Assembly: GCA_038895375.1 (NCBI GenBank) | Contig: JAWANM010000002.1 | Coordinates: 1,447 to 65,446, forward strand | Reading direction: 5' to 3' | Length of the DNA: 64,000 bases | Source of the DNA: Candidatus Pacearchaeota archaeon | GTDB lineage: Archaea > Nanobdellota > Nanobdellia > Pacearchaeales > UBA284 | Shown: one piece after another, positions 37,446 to 46,880 of the stretch | Numbering within the stretch: position 1 is the first letter of the stretch | Layout: every line of letters starts with the position of its first letter | Program-made: the position numbers and the translations under genes | Notes under the pieces: generated by a model | Database searches by the model: none | What the model was told of the DNA's origin: nothing | What the model saw: only the letters and a program-made list of their open reading frames with translations

Positions 37446-37856
37446 TCAGCAAGTAATTGTTTTTATTTGAGCTTCGCAGGCATAATCTTTAAAACCCTTG
37501 TTTGTTTGGCCCCTTAAAAAAGGAATTATCCTAAGCTTACCTGTGCAATCCACTTGTGTAGTAAAAACATCTCCTGGCATCAAAGGTTCTTGTCCTCCTA
37601 CTTCGCGAGAAGTGCCATCTACTAGTTTAAACTTTTGTATTGGAACTTCTCCTTCGTTGCGTATGCTTATACTATTTCCTGTTTTTGTAACTTCAAACTT
37701 TATCCTAGGGCATAAATTTTCTATTGCTGTTCCTTGCTTCATGATTACTTCTTTTTGAAAGCCTTTGAGCCAGAAAAAAATTATTAGGAACAAAGCGATT
37801 GCTACAGCTATTAACAAAACAGTTGCTATGATTGGTGCAACAGCTTTCTTTTGCAT
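37446..37856 (-). CDS. archaeal type IV pilin-like protein (paralog of the previous gene)
   Basis: MQKKAVAPIIATVLLIAVAIALFLII. The first 47 nt of the coding sequence are identical to the neighbouring gene. Confidence 0.6.
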   Translation of the reverse strand: MQKKAVAPIIATVLLIAVAIALFLIIFFWLKGFQKEVIMKQGTAIENLCPRIKFEVTKTGNSISIRNEGEVPIQKFKLVDGTSREVGGQEPLMPGDVFTTQVDCTGKLRIIPFLRGQTNKGFKDYACEAQIKTITC

Positions 37857-37887
37857 TCTTACTTTAAGCTTCGATAGATTAAAAATT

Positions 37888-38385
37888 TTATTGTTTAGAG
37901 CAATATATAAAAGGATAACTCTGCTTTTTGCATAAAACAGTTGTGTTTTTAAGATTTTTAACAGGGATGAATTCTATATGCGTTATGTTATTGGCAGGAT
38001 CATCAATAGAAGAAACATCAAATATTTGTGATTTTTCTTCCTCAATCGACAAAACATCCTCGACTGCGTTTTTTAAATTTGGAGGAAAATCCTCTAGTTT
38101 TTTTGTTGAATTGTCTTTTAGCCTAACATAAACAAAAGCGCCTGTTATGTTGAAATTGCCATTGTTTTTGAAAGTAATATTCAACTCAGAACCAGAAAGA
38201 TTGCATTCTGCAATAATCATGCTCAAACCTTCTGGACATTCTTCTTGCTCGACAGGAATTCTAGATTTAATCCAAAAATAAACCCCAGAAGCAAGAGCAA
38301 TCGCCATTACTGTAAGTAGAACATATGAAATAAGTTCGCTAATTCCTATTTTATTAGCAATAATAAGTTTCTTCATTTCTTTCAA
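37888..38385 (-). CDS. pilin-like secreted protein
   Basis: MKEMKKLIIANKIGISELISYVLLTVMAIALASGVYFWI: class-III-like signal. Confidence 0.5.
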   Translation of the reverse strand: MKEMKKLIIANKIGISELISYVLLTVMAIALASGVYFWIKSRIPVEQEECPEGLSMIIAECNLSGSELNITFKNNGNFNITGAFVYVRLKDNSTKKLEDFPPNLKNAVEDVLSIEEEKSQIFDVSSIDDPANNITHIEFIPVKNLKNTTVLCKKQSYPFIYCSKQ

Positions 38386-38848
38386 TACGAAGTATGCTAT
38401 AAAAATTCTTGTGTTCTGTTATGTTAAAAAACTTATTTATTGGCGAAACAATAGTGATGTTATGAACATTTTGTAGATTTGCATCTTTGTTAGGTAATAT
38501 TATTACATTTTCGTTGTCGTTTATTGTAAAATTTACTTGTTCTGTAAAATTATTTTGTAAAATTAAATTTGTTGTATTGCCATATGCAAAGAAAATTTCG
38601 ACTCCTTTTTGTTTAATGAAAAAATCTGTAAAGTTGCGAATCTCTTCTAGCTCATTGTCAATTGCTCCTAAAGTATAATTTTTACTTATTACAAAAACTT
38701 CATGCTTATAATTTTTACATGTTCGCTGAAATTCTAGTACTAAATTTTTTGATGTAGAAGTTGCAAAATTGAATCTTCCTACCGCGCTCAAAAGTAGCAA
38801 ACCAAAGATAACTGCAAACATAATGAAAAATTGTGCGCGAGAGTTCAT
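38354..38848 (-). CDS. secreted/membrane-anchored small protein in pilin-like cluster
   Basis: MNSRAQFFIMFAVIFGLLLLSAV N-terminus; N-glycosylation-sequon-rich (N.T/S) body. Confidence 0.45.
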   Translation of the reverse strand: MNSRAQFFIMFAVIFGLLLLSAVGRFNFATSTSKNLVLEFQRTCKNYKHEVFVISKNYTLGAIDNELEEIRNFTDFFIKQKGVEIFFAYGNTTNLILQNNFTEQVNFTINDNENVIILPNKDANLQNVHNITIVSPINKFFNITEHKNFYSILRIERNEETYYC

Positions 38849-38897
38849 TCTACTTGCCTTTATGATTAAAAGAAAAAAGAACTTATAAAACTTACTT

Positions 38898-39131
38898 TTA
38901 TGCTTTCTGTAAGTAGTATGGAATGTGATATTTTATTTGGCGACTTAAATCAGATACTTCTTTATCATTCTTCTCTCCTAATTCCTTCAAAATCGAACTT
39001 GGAACGCTGTTAAGAGGATAATTGAAAGAATAGTTTATCAAATTGTTTTCCTCCTCTTTTTTTCTATTTTGTCTTGCTTTTTCCGAAATGTGCTTCTCGA
39101 ATAATTCTTCAATATTTTTTGAAACCCTCAT
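38898..39131 (-). CDS. hypothetical small protein
   Basis: ORF only. Confidence 0.25.
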   Translation of the reverse strand: MRVSKNIEELFEKHISEKARQNRKKEEENNLINYSFNYPLNSVPSSILKELGEKNDKEVSDLSRQIKYHIPYYLQKA

Positions 39132-39136
39132 TTAAG

Positions 39137-39410
39137 AGCGAGCAGCTCTCCAAGACTTGCTCGATAGAAACGCGAATGTTTTACCCCAACTCTTTCTCGG
39201 TTCTGCAACCCTACAAGCATCTTGCTTTAAGTTAGGGCTGCGCTCTTCCGAGACTGACCCGGTTACCTTAAAGCAAGATCGAGTAGGACAGAACCTCATC
39301 GTCCGAGTTGGGACATTCGGTTCCTATCTCACTCGTCTTGTTGCGGCCTGCCATAAAGCCCATTTGCAAAACGGCGTAGGGCTAGCACGCCGGCCTAGAG
39401 CTGCTCGAGA
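39137..39410 (-). ncRNA. ffs: signal recognition particle RNA (7S/SRP RNA)
   Basis: GC-rich island in AT-rich DNA. 5-prime and 3-prime ends are complementary (gagcagctct / agagctgctc), giving the long SRP hairpin. The reverse strand contains GGGUCAGUCUCGGAAGAGCGCAGCC, which matches the conserved helix-8 region (GGUCAGGUCCGGAAGGAAGCAGCC in 4.5S RNA) with a GGAA tetraloop. Confidence 0.65.
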
Positions 39411-39483
39411 ATAATATGAGTTTGAAATTTTTAAATATTCTCATCAAATGTTTTTCAATTCTATCTGTTCCGAGTTTGCTGAA

Positions 39484-39627
39484 TGCGGGGGGCAGGATTC
39501 GAACCTGCGCAGCCACTAAGGCACAGGATTTCTTAGAGTGGTCTTAAGTTTAGCAAACCTCTGAGTTTAGCAAACTTACACTTTCGTGTAAGGTTTCCTG
39601 CCCGTTTGACCACTCCGGCACCCCCGC
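39484..39627 (-). tRNA. intron-containing class-II tRNA (long variable arm; probably Leu) with a 60-nt insertion in the anticodon region
   Basis: Reverse complement GCGGGGG TG CCGG AGTGGTCAA ACGG G CAGGA [67 nt] TCCTG TGCCTTAGTGGCTGC GCAGG TTCGAAT CCTGC CCCCCGC A. A canonical CUUAAGA (Leu-UAA) loop lies inside the inserted segment. Confidence 0.65.
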
Positions 39628-39698
39628 ATAAGAGCTAAAAACAAAAGAACTTTATAAATTTTTAGAAACAACCGAAAGATTTTTAAAGGGTATCTATT

Positions 39699-40172
39699 AT
39701 GTATATACATAAAGGTAAATACTTTTTGTATATCAAAAAAATGGAAGACATTTTCGAAGAAATCGTTATATGCAGCAAATGCAAGAGAAGACTTGCGCCT
39801 GTATGTGTCAACAGAAAAGGTTTTAAAATAAGAGCTCTTGAATGCTCAAGATGCGGCAAAAGGATATATCATCCGGCAGACATCGAAGAATATAAAAAAT
39901 TTATACAGCTAAGAGAAAAGCCTTTTGAAGTGAAGCTTAGAATTGTAGGGAACAGTTACGCAGTAAGCATTCCTAAAGAGATAATCGAGTTTCTACAGGA
40001 ACAAGAAAGAATACATGAAAATATAAAGGCAAAAATGAGAGACGAAATGAAAAGTATGCAAAGAATGGTCAAAATGTTTTTAGAAAGCTCTGACAAATTA
40101 TCTATATTTTTTGAAAGCATCAATGACAAAATGAAAAATAAAAAAATTGTGCAAAATGAACCCGAAAGTTAA
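39699..40172 (+). CDS. putative transcriptional regulator: zinc ribbon plus AbrB/SpoVT-like swapped-hairpin domain
   Basis: CSKCKRR...CSRCGKR, then [22 protein letters not shown]. Confidence 0.5.
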   Translation: MYIHKGKYFLYIKKMEDIFEEIVICSKCKRRLAPVCVNRKGFKIRALECSRCGKRIYHPADIEEYKKFIQLREKPFEVKLRIVGNSYAVSIPKEIIEFLQEQERIHENIKAKMRDEMKSMQRMVKMFLESSDKLSIFFESINDKMKNKKIVQNEPES

Positions 40173-42441
40173 ATTGAAAGTTATGGAAGCTTTGCAAGAG
40201 GATGTTTATAAAGGAATTGCTAGAATAGACAGCCAAACAATGCGAGAACTTGGCGTTAAGCCGGGAGATGTTATTTCTATCACCGGAGCGAGAGAAAGTG
40301 TCGCTATTGTCGACAGAGCATATCCTGCAGATGTAGGAGAAAAAATTATAAGAATAGATCCTATCATAAGGAAAAATACAAAAACAGGAATAGGAGATTT
40401 TGTTTATGTAAGTAAAGCAGATGTTAAAGAAGCTAAAAAAGTAGTGATAGCGCCTGCTCAGAAAGGAGTTTCTATAGTTGTGCAAAATACAGATATTTTC
40501 AAGCACGGCCTATTGGGACGTGCTGTTGTTGCCGGCGATCTAGTGGTTTTAGGAGGAACTCAAAGAAGACGCGATTTAATGGCTTCTAGCTTTGAAGATT
40601 TGTTCGACATATTCGGAGAAGCCTTCGGCGGCATGAACTTGGGTTTCGGTTTTCCTGGTTTTGAGACCAAATTTATTGTTGTATCGACAGTTCCAAAACA
40701 ACCCGTGATTATAACAGAAGCTACAGAGCTTATAGTAAATCCAAAAGCAGTAGAAGCCATAGAAGAACGTATTCCAGAAGTTGCTTATGAAGACATAGGT
40801 GGCTTGGATGAAGAAATAAAAAAGATAAGAGAGATGGTAGAGCTTCCTTTAAGACATCCGGAAATTTTTGAGAGACTTGGAATAGAACCGCCAAAGGGTG
40901 TACTGCTTTACGGACCTCCTGGAACAGGAAAGACATTGCTTGCTAAAGCAGTTGCAAATGAAAGCGAAGCAAATTTCTTTTTGCTGAACGGACCTGAATG
41001 CATGAGTAAATTCTATGGAGAAAGTGAAAAAAGAATTAGAGATTTGTTTGAGCAAGCAAGCAAGAATGCTCCTAGCATAATTTTTATAGATGAAATTGAT
41101 GCTATAGCCCCTAAAAGAGAAGAAAGCATGGGCGAAGTAGAAAGAAGAGTTGTTTCGCAGCTTTTAACTTCGATGGATGGCTTGAAAGCACGCGGGAGAG
41201 TTATAGTAATAGGCGCAACCAACAGGCCCAATGCTTTGGATGAAGCTTTAAGAAGACCTGGAAGATTCGATCGTGAAATAGCAATAAACGTTCCTGATAA
41301 GAAAGGTCGTCTAGCAATTCTAAAGATTCATACAAGAAATATGCCTCTTGCAAAAGATGTTAACCTTGAAGAAATTGCAGAAGTAACTCATGGATTCGTC
41401 GGTGCCGACTTGGCTTCTTTGTGCAAGGAAGCTGCAATGAATGTATTAAGAAGATGTCTTCCAAGTCTTAAACTTGAAAGAGAAGAGCCGATTCCTAAAG
41501 AAACTTTGGAAAAACTGAAAGTTACGGCACAAGATTTCAAAGAAGCTCTTAAAGTTGTAAGGCCTAGTGCAATGCGTGAAGTTTTAGTAGAATCGCCTAA
41601 CGTAAAATGGGAAGATGTCGGCGGCTTAAGTAAAGTTAAACAAGAACTAAAAGAAGCTGTTGAATGGCCTTTGAAGTATCCTGAAAGTTTCAAAAGAATT
41701 GGTATCAAGCCTCCAAAAGGTATACTGCTTTACGGACCTCCTGGAACAGGAAAGACATTGCTTGCTAAAGCAGTTGCAACAGAAAGCGAAGCAAACTTCA
41801 TCCAGGTTAAGGGCCCTAGTCTATTATCGATGTGGGTCGGCGAAAGCGAAAGAGGAGTAAGAAAAGTTTTTGAAAGAGCAAGACAAGTGGCTCCATGCAT
41901 CGTGTTTTTTGATGAAATAGATGCTCTAGCATCGAGAAGAGGCTTGGAAGCAGGAACCAAGGTTACAGAAAGAGTGCTAAATCAATTGCTTGCAGAAATG
42001 GATGGACTAGAAGAATTGAATGACATAGTTGTAATAGGAGCCACAAACAGGCCAGACATGCTAGATCCTGCTCTACTAAGACCAGGAAGATTTGATAGAA
42101 TTATTGCAATCAATCCTCCGAATAGGCAAGAACGTGAAGAAATTTTCAAAATCCATACAAAAAACATGCCTCTAGCAAAAGACGTAAGCTTGAGCGCATT
42201 GGCAGAAAAGACAGAAGGTTATACTGGAGCCGATATTGCAGCAGTATGTAAAGAAGCCGGAATGCTTGCTTTAAGAGAAGACATAAATGCTAAGCAAGTA
42301 AAAAGAAAGCACTTCGAAGAAGCTCTCAAGAAAATAGGTCCAAGTGTTACGCCAGAAGACGTCAAAGCCTACAAAGAAATCGAAACAAATTACTTAAGAT
42401 CTGCAAGAGCCGCTCTAACAAATCACACCTATGCAGGTTAG
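40147..42441 (+). CDS. cdc48: CDC48/VCP-like AAA+ ATPase (N domain plus D1 and D2)
   Basis: Two Walker A boxes [15 protein letters not shown], two Walker B DEIDA, SRH regions; 764 aa. Confidence 0.95.
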   Translation: MCKMNPKVKLKVMEALQEDVYKGIARIDSQTMRELGVKPGDVISITGARESVAIVDRAYPADVGEKIIRIDPIIRKNTKTGIGDFVYVSKADVKEAKKVVIAPAQKGVSIVVQNTDIFKHGLLGRAVVAGDLVVLGGTQRRRDLMASSFEDLFDIFGEAFGGMNLGFGFPGFETKFIVVSTVPKQPVIITEATELIVNPKAVEAIEERIPEVAYEDIGGLDEEIKKIREMVELPLRHPEIFERLGIEPPKGVLLYGPPGTGKTLLAKAVANESEANFFLLNGPECMSKFYGESEKRIRDLFEQASKNAPSIIFIDEIDAIAPKREESMGEVERRVVSQLLTSMDGLKARGRVIVIGATNRPNALDEALRRPGRFDREIAINVPDKKGRLAILKIHTRNMPLAKDVNLEEIAEVTHGFVGADLASLCKEAAMNVLRRCLPSLKLEREEPIPKETLEKLKVTAQDFKEALKVVRPSAMREVLVESPNVKWEDVGGLSKVKQELKEAVEWPLKYPESFKRIGIKPPKGILLYGPPGTGKTLLAKAVATESEANFIQVKGPSLLSMWVGESERGVRKVFERARQVAPCIVFFDEIDALASRRGLEAGTKVTERVLNQLLAEMDGLEELNDIVVIGATNRPDMLDPALLRPGRFDRIIAINPPNRQEREEIFKIHTKNMPLAKDVSLSALAEKTEGYTGADIAAVCKEAGMLALREDINAKQVKRKHFEEALKKIGPSVTPEDVKAYKEIETNYLRSARAALTNHTYAG

Positions 42442-42449
42442 ACACGCTC

Positions 42450-42872
42450 ATGAGCATAAAAAAATTTTTTTCAAAGATTTTTTCTCTTGACAATTTCAGT
42501 TTTTCAAAAATAAAAATTAAGAAAAAAGTTATAGAAAGCATTATCGCTTTTGCAAGAGCAAGTCACCCAAAAGAATTTTCTGCTTTTTTACAAGGAAGCA
42601 TAAAAAACAAAATTTTAATAATAGATGATTTAATTTACCAACCATATCGCGCTTCAGAAACTGCAACTTTTACTAGAATTGATCCTTATCTTTCTAAAGT
42701 CTTCGGATCTGTGCATAGCCATACCTTGCATTGTTTAGAACCTTCACAAACGGATTTGCTATTTTTCAACAAAAAAGGAGCAATTCATCTTATTGTTTGC
42801 TATCCTTACACAGTCAAGGATATTGCATGCTACGATTTTAAAGGAAGAAAAATAGAATTTGAAATTGCGTAA
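42450..42872 (+). CDS. JAMM/MPN+ metalloprotease, minimal (140 aa)
   Basis: E..(n)..HSHTLHCLEPSQTD fits E-x(n)-H-x-H-x(7)-S-x(2)-D. Confidence 0.7.
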   Translation: MSIKKFFSKIFSLDNFSFSKIKIKKKVIESIIAFARASHPKEFSAFLQGSIKNKILIIDDLIYQPYRASETATFTRIDPYLSKVFGSVHSHTLHCLEPSQTDLLFFNKKGAIHLIVCYPYTVKDIACYDFKGRKIEFEIA

Positions 42873-42873
42873 A

Positions 42874-43773
42874 TTACTCTTTGGTCAGAATCTCGCAGCC
42901 ATTGTTGGTTATTAAAATCGTGTGCTCGGCCTGACTTACAGGAGCTTTTGTCTTTTCAACAAGCTGCTTAAAATGATGTAAGACTCCTGCCTGCTCAAGA
43001 TACTTCAACGAGAACAAAGCACGAACACCAAATTTTTTAACAATCCATCTTGCTGAAAAAGGTAATTCGCGATATTCTTCTTCGATGAATTCGAGAATTT
43101 TACGAGCCAAAACATCACGAACATTGTGTTTTGATTCAAGTCTATAGATTCCGCTTTCTTTTCCATCTTGAACCATTCCCGAGCCTGTAGTTGCAAAGGG
43201 TTCTATAGCTAGAATCATTCCTTCTACCAACTTTGTTTTGTTTTTGTTATCGTAGTTTGGAATCGTTAGACCTGCATGTAATTTGTATGGCTTTAGCTCA
43301 TGCCCAGATAAATTTACTATTGGCGCAAATCCGAAGCTTGAAATCGTTTCTTGAATTTTTTTTCCGATTTCGCAAAGCGTTATGTCTGGTTTTATTATTT
43401 TAATCGCTTCCGATAAAGCTGCTTCGCTTGCTTTTATTAGCTCGCTATGCTTTCCTTCAGGAGTTAAATCGATAGAGCAAGCCGTATCGGAGATGATTCC
43501 ATCTATATTAATGCCTACGTCTATTTTTAACAAACCTTGAGCAACGGCTTTGTCGTCATAACTAGGAGAGCTGTGAGCTGCAATAGCATCTATACTCAAA
43601 TTTATAGGAAATGCAAATTTTACTTTCTTTTTTTCCACGAATGCTTCTACTTTTTCTGCTATTTCAAGCAAAGGCATTTCCGGCTTGACAATTTTCTTTG
43701 CATAAGCAAGAACTTCGCTTGCTATTTTTCCAGCTTCACGCCATTTCTCAATTTCCATCTTCTGAAAAAACAA
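42874..43773 (-). CDS. map: methionine aminopeptidase, type 2 (archaeal)
   Basis: Pita-bread fold motifs (IDGIISDTA, GHELKPY, GMILAIEPF); 299 aa. Confidence 0.9.
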   Translation of the reverse strand: MFFQKMEIEKWREAGKIASEVLAYAKKIVKPEMPLLEIAEKVEAFVEKKKVKFAFPINLSIDAIAAHSSPSYDDKAVAQGLLKIDVGINIDGIISDTACSIDLTPEGKHSELIKASEAALSEAIKIIKPDITLCEIGKKIQETISSFGFAPIVNLSGHELKPYKLHAGLTIPNYDNKNKTKLVEGMILAIEPFATTGSGMVQDGKESGIYRLESKHNVRDVLARKILEFIEEEYRELPFSARWIVKKFGVRALFSLKYLEQAGVLHHFKQLVEKTKAPVSQAEHTILITNNGCEILTKE

Positions 43774-44075
43774 TAAAGGTTTATAAAATTATCAACAAAA
43801 TCGTCATGGTTTCGTTTCTATTAGAAGCTTTGGGTGCTCCAACTTAGAAAAATCAAAGAAAAACTTGAAGAGATTCATAAAATTTACTTTCTGAATTTTT
43901 TATTTTCATTCTCTAAATCATTTAATCTCTTAAAAAAAAAGATCAAGTCCATAAAAACTTAACTCTCCATTATTTCTTCTTAACCAGCAATAAAATGGAA
44001 ACTAACACAAAAGCAACATCCAAGATTAAAGTTTTTGTTTTCATCGTTCTTTTGGTTCTTAAAACTTATAAAAAA

Positions 44076-44345
44076 TTAACTCTTATGAAAGATGTTTTTT
44101 GTCATGCTGATCAGCCAGTTCCAGTGCAAAATAAAATGGACAATCACTAAAACGATAAAAATTATTCCGCTATTATTATGAATGCTTAACCATCCCCTTT
44201 TTGTTATTCCTAAAAACATTTGATTTCCTCCATGCGGTATTCCAGAAGGAAAAAAGAAAAATATAACTAATGAAGTTATAGCCGTAATTACGAAAAAAAT
44301 AGTCATTAAAAGATCAATCATATAATTTAACTTAATTTTTTCCAT
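44076..44345 (-). CDS. small membrane protein
   Basis: Two TM helices; 1-nt gap to the upstream gene. Confidence 0.3.
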   Translation of the reverse strand: MEKIKLNYMIDLLMTIFFVITAITSLVIFFFFPSGIPHGGNQMFLGITKRGWLSIHNNSGIIFIVLVIVHFILHWNWLISMTKNIFHKS

Positions 44346-44346
44346 T

Positions 44347-45267
44347 TTAAAGAAAAATCAAGAAAAGCAAAACATATAAAATTGGAACTACGATGAACAT
44401 TCCGAATTCGGTATAGCTATGAATTTTTTTAACAATAATTTCATTTTTTCTTTCCTGCATCTCAAGAATTACTACATTTATTAAAAAACTAAGAAGCATT
44501 ACAAAATAAGTTAAAATCATGAACTTATCTATAAATGTAAGATAACCGACAGGAGGAATTTGATTTATAAGAGAAACATGAAACATAACACTAGCAACAA
44601 GAGCAGAACCAACCATACTCAACCTAGTAGTTATTTTATCAGGATCCAAAACAAAACTCGAAAGCATTACAAGTATAATGAAAGTGATAGGTAAGAAAGT
44701 CTTGAATATAGCATTAATTAATATTCTAGAAATTGGAATAGTAAAAACATATTGTGAATAAGTTTCATTATAAACTTCATAATGGTGCTCTTTAACTTCA
44801 GCTTTCCAGTCTTCAAGATTCCAACCAACAAATATTATAGAAGGATCTATACCGCTTTCTTCTAAATTAACTGCATAAACCATATCTTTTATAGTTTTTT
44901 TCTTATCTTCTATTATGATTTGTAATTTTTGTTTATCAAAAGGGAATTTTTTTAAATCAATAGGGCTCATAAGATTTGCTTGAATTCTATAGAACTTTTC
45001 ATTTTCAGAATCTATTATTTTTTCAATGCTAGAAGCTCTGCCATTCATAAATTCAAAATCGATATTACAATGATTTTCACATTTAAAGCCAAGGTAAAAA
45101 TCTGCCGTAAATGTTCCTGTAGCGAGATCGAATTTGCCGAGATTCAAAATATAAAGGCTTACATTTATTTTTTCAGGTTCCTGCGCATTAACGATTGAAG
45201 TCAGAGCTATCAAAGTTAAGGCAATTAAGCTAATAAAAAATATAACCAAAAAAAGTTTTTTTGCCAT
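44347..45267 (-). CDS. possible prokaryotic pentameric ligand-gated ion channel homolog (signal peptide, ~190-aa ectodomain, 4 TM)
   Basis: Pre-M1 R followed by a TM1 proline (SRILINAIFKTFLPITFIILVML). M2-M3 loop PPVGYLTFIDKFM resembles pLGIC P.VSY.KAID.W. Overall ECD plus 4-TM topology; 306 aa. Confidence 0.4.
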   Translation of the reverse strand: MAKKLFLVIFFISLIALTLIALTSIVNAQEPEKINVSLYILNLGKFDLATGTFTADFYLGFKCENHCNIDFEFMNGRASSIEKIIDSENEKFYRIQANLMSPIDLKKFPFDKQKLQIIIEDKKKTIKDMVYAVNLEESGIDPSIIFVGWNLEDWKAEVKEHHYEVYNETYSQYVFTIPISRILINAIFKTFLPITFIILVMLSSFVLDPDKITTRLSMVGSALVASVMFHVSLINQIPPVGYLTFIDKFMILTYFVMLLSFLINVVILEMQERKNEIIVKKIHSYTEFGMFIVVPILYVLLFLIFL

Positions 45268-45362
45268 TTTTATTTTTTATCACAGATCTTTTTAAATTTT
45301 TTTACTTCAATTTCATTTATTTTTAGTTCTGTAACTAGCTCTGGGAATTTCTTGAACAAAAG

Positions 45363-45866
45363 TCAATTCCGCTTCTGCTGCCTTGGTTTTGTCTCATCGA
45401 AGAAATCGATCAAGTTTGTTCTTCTTTCTTTAGGTACAAAGTTCAATAGTTCGTTATTAAGAATTTTTGCTACACCAAGAATATCTTTTTTATATTTTAC
45501 AAGTACAATTTTAGAATCTTCTTTTGCATTTAAAATTATTTTTTTACCTTGCATCCAGTCTTTGGCTTGCGCAGAATCAAGACTTATAACATTCTTTTTT
45601 GCTTTTCTTCCAAAAAGGATTGCAGCATCAAAGCTCAGCCTCAACTCCTCTTCTTTTAAAGAGCAAAGATATAGGCCAATGTTGTTAATTTCTACCAATC
45701 TATTGAGAGCTTCGAGCTCTTTTCCTGTTAAGTTTCCGGTAAAAATCCTTATTTTTTCCTTTCCGCTCTTGATAAGGCAAAACGAGTCAAACTTTATTCC
45801 ATAGTTTTTTTCTATCAATTCTTCTATCTTTTTTTTCTGTTTTTTTGACAATATTTCAAAATTCAT
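45363..45866 (-). CDS. Nip7-like PUA-domain protein (ribosome biogenesis factor homolog)
   Basis: 167 aa, N-terminal domain plus C-terminal PUA-like region (KIVLVKYKKDILGVAKILNNELLNFVP); 4-nt overlap with the upstream NSUN gene. Confidence 0.5.
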   Translation of the reverse strand: MNFEILSKKQKKKIEELIEKNYGIKFDSFCLIKSGKEKIRIFTGNLTGKELEALNRLVEINNIGLYLCSLKEEELRLSFDAAILFGRKAKKNVISLDSAQAKDWMQGKKIILNAKEDSKIVLVKYKKDILGVAKILNNELLNFVPKERRTNLIDFFDETKPRQQKRN

Positions 45867-46822
45867 TTTATTTTTCTAAGTTTTGCAACGAAAAATCCTT
45901 CGGTATCGTTATCATGAGGCCATATTCTTTTGCATTTTTTAATTTCTTCTGAAAAATTTTTTCCTCGCCACTCGGTTATTGCATGTCTCGACTTCAAAGG
46001 CAAACTAAAGGATTCGAGCCGAACCGAAAAATTATCTAAAGCAAATTGAACTACCTCTTCGTTTTCTTCTGGTTCGAAAGTGCATGTCGAATAAACCAGA
46101 ATTCCTCGAGGCTTCAAGCATGAAATCGCAGAAGCGATTAGTTTCTTTTGCAATCCTGCAAGTCTTTTTATCATATCGATGTTCCACATTTTAAGGATTG
46201 CCGGGTTGAAACGAATTGTTCCTTCTCCAGAGCAAGGCGCATCTACAAGAATTTTGTCAAAAAAAAACTTCGCGCTTTCAAATTTTTTACATAGCTTAGA
46301 GCCATGCTCTCTCGTGACAACAACATTGGTACATCCACATCTTTCGAGATTTGCGTTCAAGGCGCACAGTCTAGAAAAAGAAGGGTCGTTCGCTATGATT
46401 AGTCCAGAATTTTTCATCATAGCTGCTATCTGTGTTGTTTTGCTTCCAGGAGCTGCACACAAATCGAGTACTTTTTCCATAGGCTTTGGATCGAGAGCAA
46501 AAACAGCTTGCATGCTTGCAAGCTCCTGAACGTAATAATAACCTAGTTGATGCTCTAAAGAACGTCCTAATTCGCCGGGAGCAAGCTCGTTTTCTATTAT
46601 CATTACTTCTTTGTACTTTTCAAAAGGTTGTAAAACTTGCCACTTTCTTTCAAGTCTTTCTTTCAGTTCTTCTATAGAAATTTTTAGAGTGTTGCATCTT
46701 ATAACATTTCTCAATGGCTTTTCGCAAAATTTCCAAAATTCCTCGGCTTCTTCGCCGAGCAATGCATAAATTCTTTCTTTGAGTTCTGGCTTCGGTTGAA
46801 ATTTCATAAAACTAAAAAGCAA
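45863..46822 (-). CDS. NOL1/NOP2/Sun-family RNA (cytosine-C5) methyltransferase
   Basis: DLCAAPGSKT (SAM site) and DAPCSGEG / TCT catalytic cysteines. Confidence 0.9.
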   Translation of the reverse strand: MLFSFMKFQPKPELKERIYALLGEEAEEFWKFCEKPLRNVIRCNTLKISIEELKERLERKWQVLQPFEKYKEVMIIENELAPGELGRSLEHQLGYYYVQELASMQAVFALDPKPMEKVLDLCAAPGSKTTQIAAMMKNSGLIIANDPSFSRLCALNANLERCGCTNVVVTREHGSKLCKKFESAKFFFDKILVDAPCSGEGTIRFNPAILKMWNIDMIKRLAGLQKKLIASAISCLKPRGILVYSTCTFEPEENEEVVQFALDNFSVRLESFSLPLKSRHAITEWRGKNFSEEIKKCKRIWPHDNDTEGFFVAKLRKIK

Positions 46823-46880
46823 ACCACATTTAAATTTATTTCTTAGTTAAATTTATTAAGAAAATCCTATAAACAAATTT

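Noticed and set aside
39137-39410. Considered RNase P RNA as the identity of the GC-rich island.
   Set aside because: No GGAAAGUCC / ACAGNRA P4 elements; the helix-8 SRP motif and the terminal rod pairing fit SRP RNA better.
39157-39414. 85-aa ORF with unusually high GC.
   Set aside because: Coincides exactly with the GC-rich structured SRP RNA; no coding signal.
40120-42167. Multiple minus-strand ORFs of 61-128 aa.
   Set aside because: Antisense to CDC48, whose two AAA modules are unambiguous.
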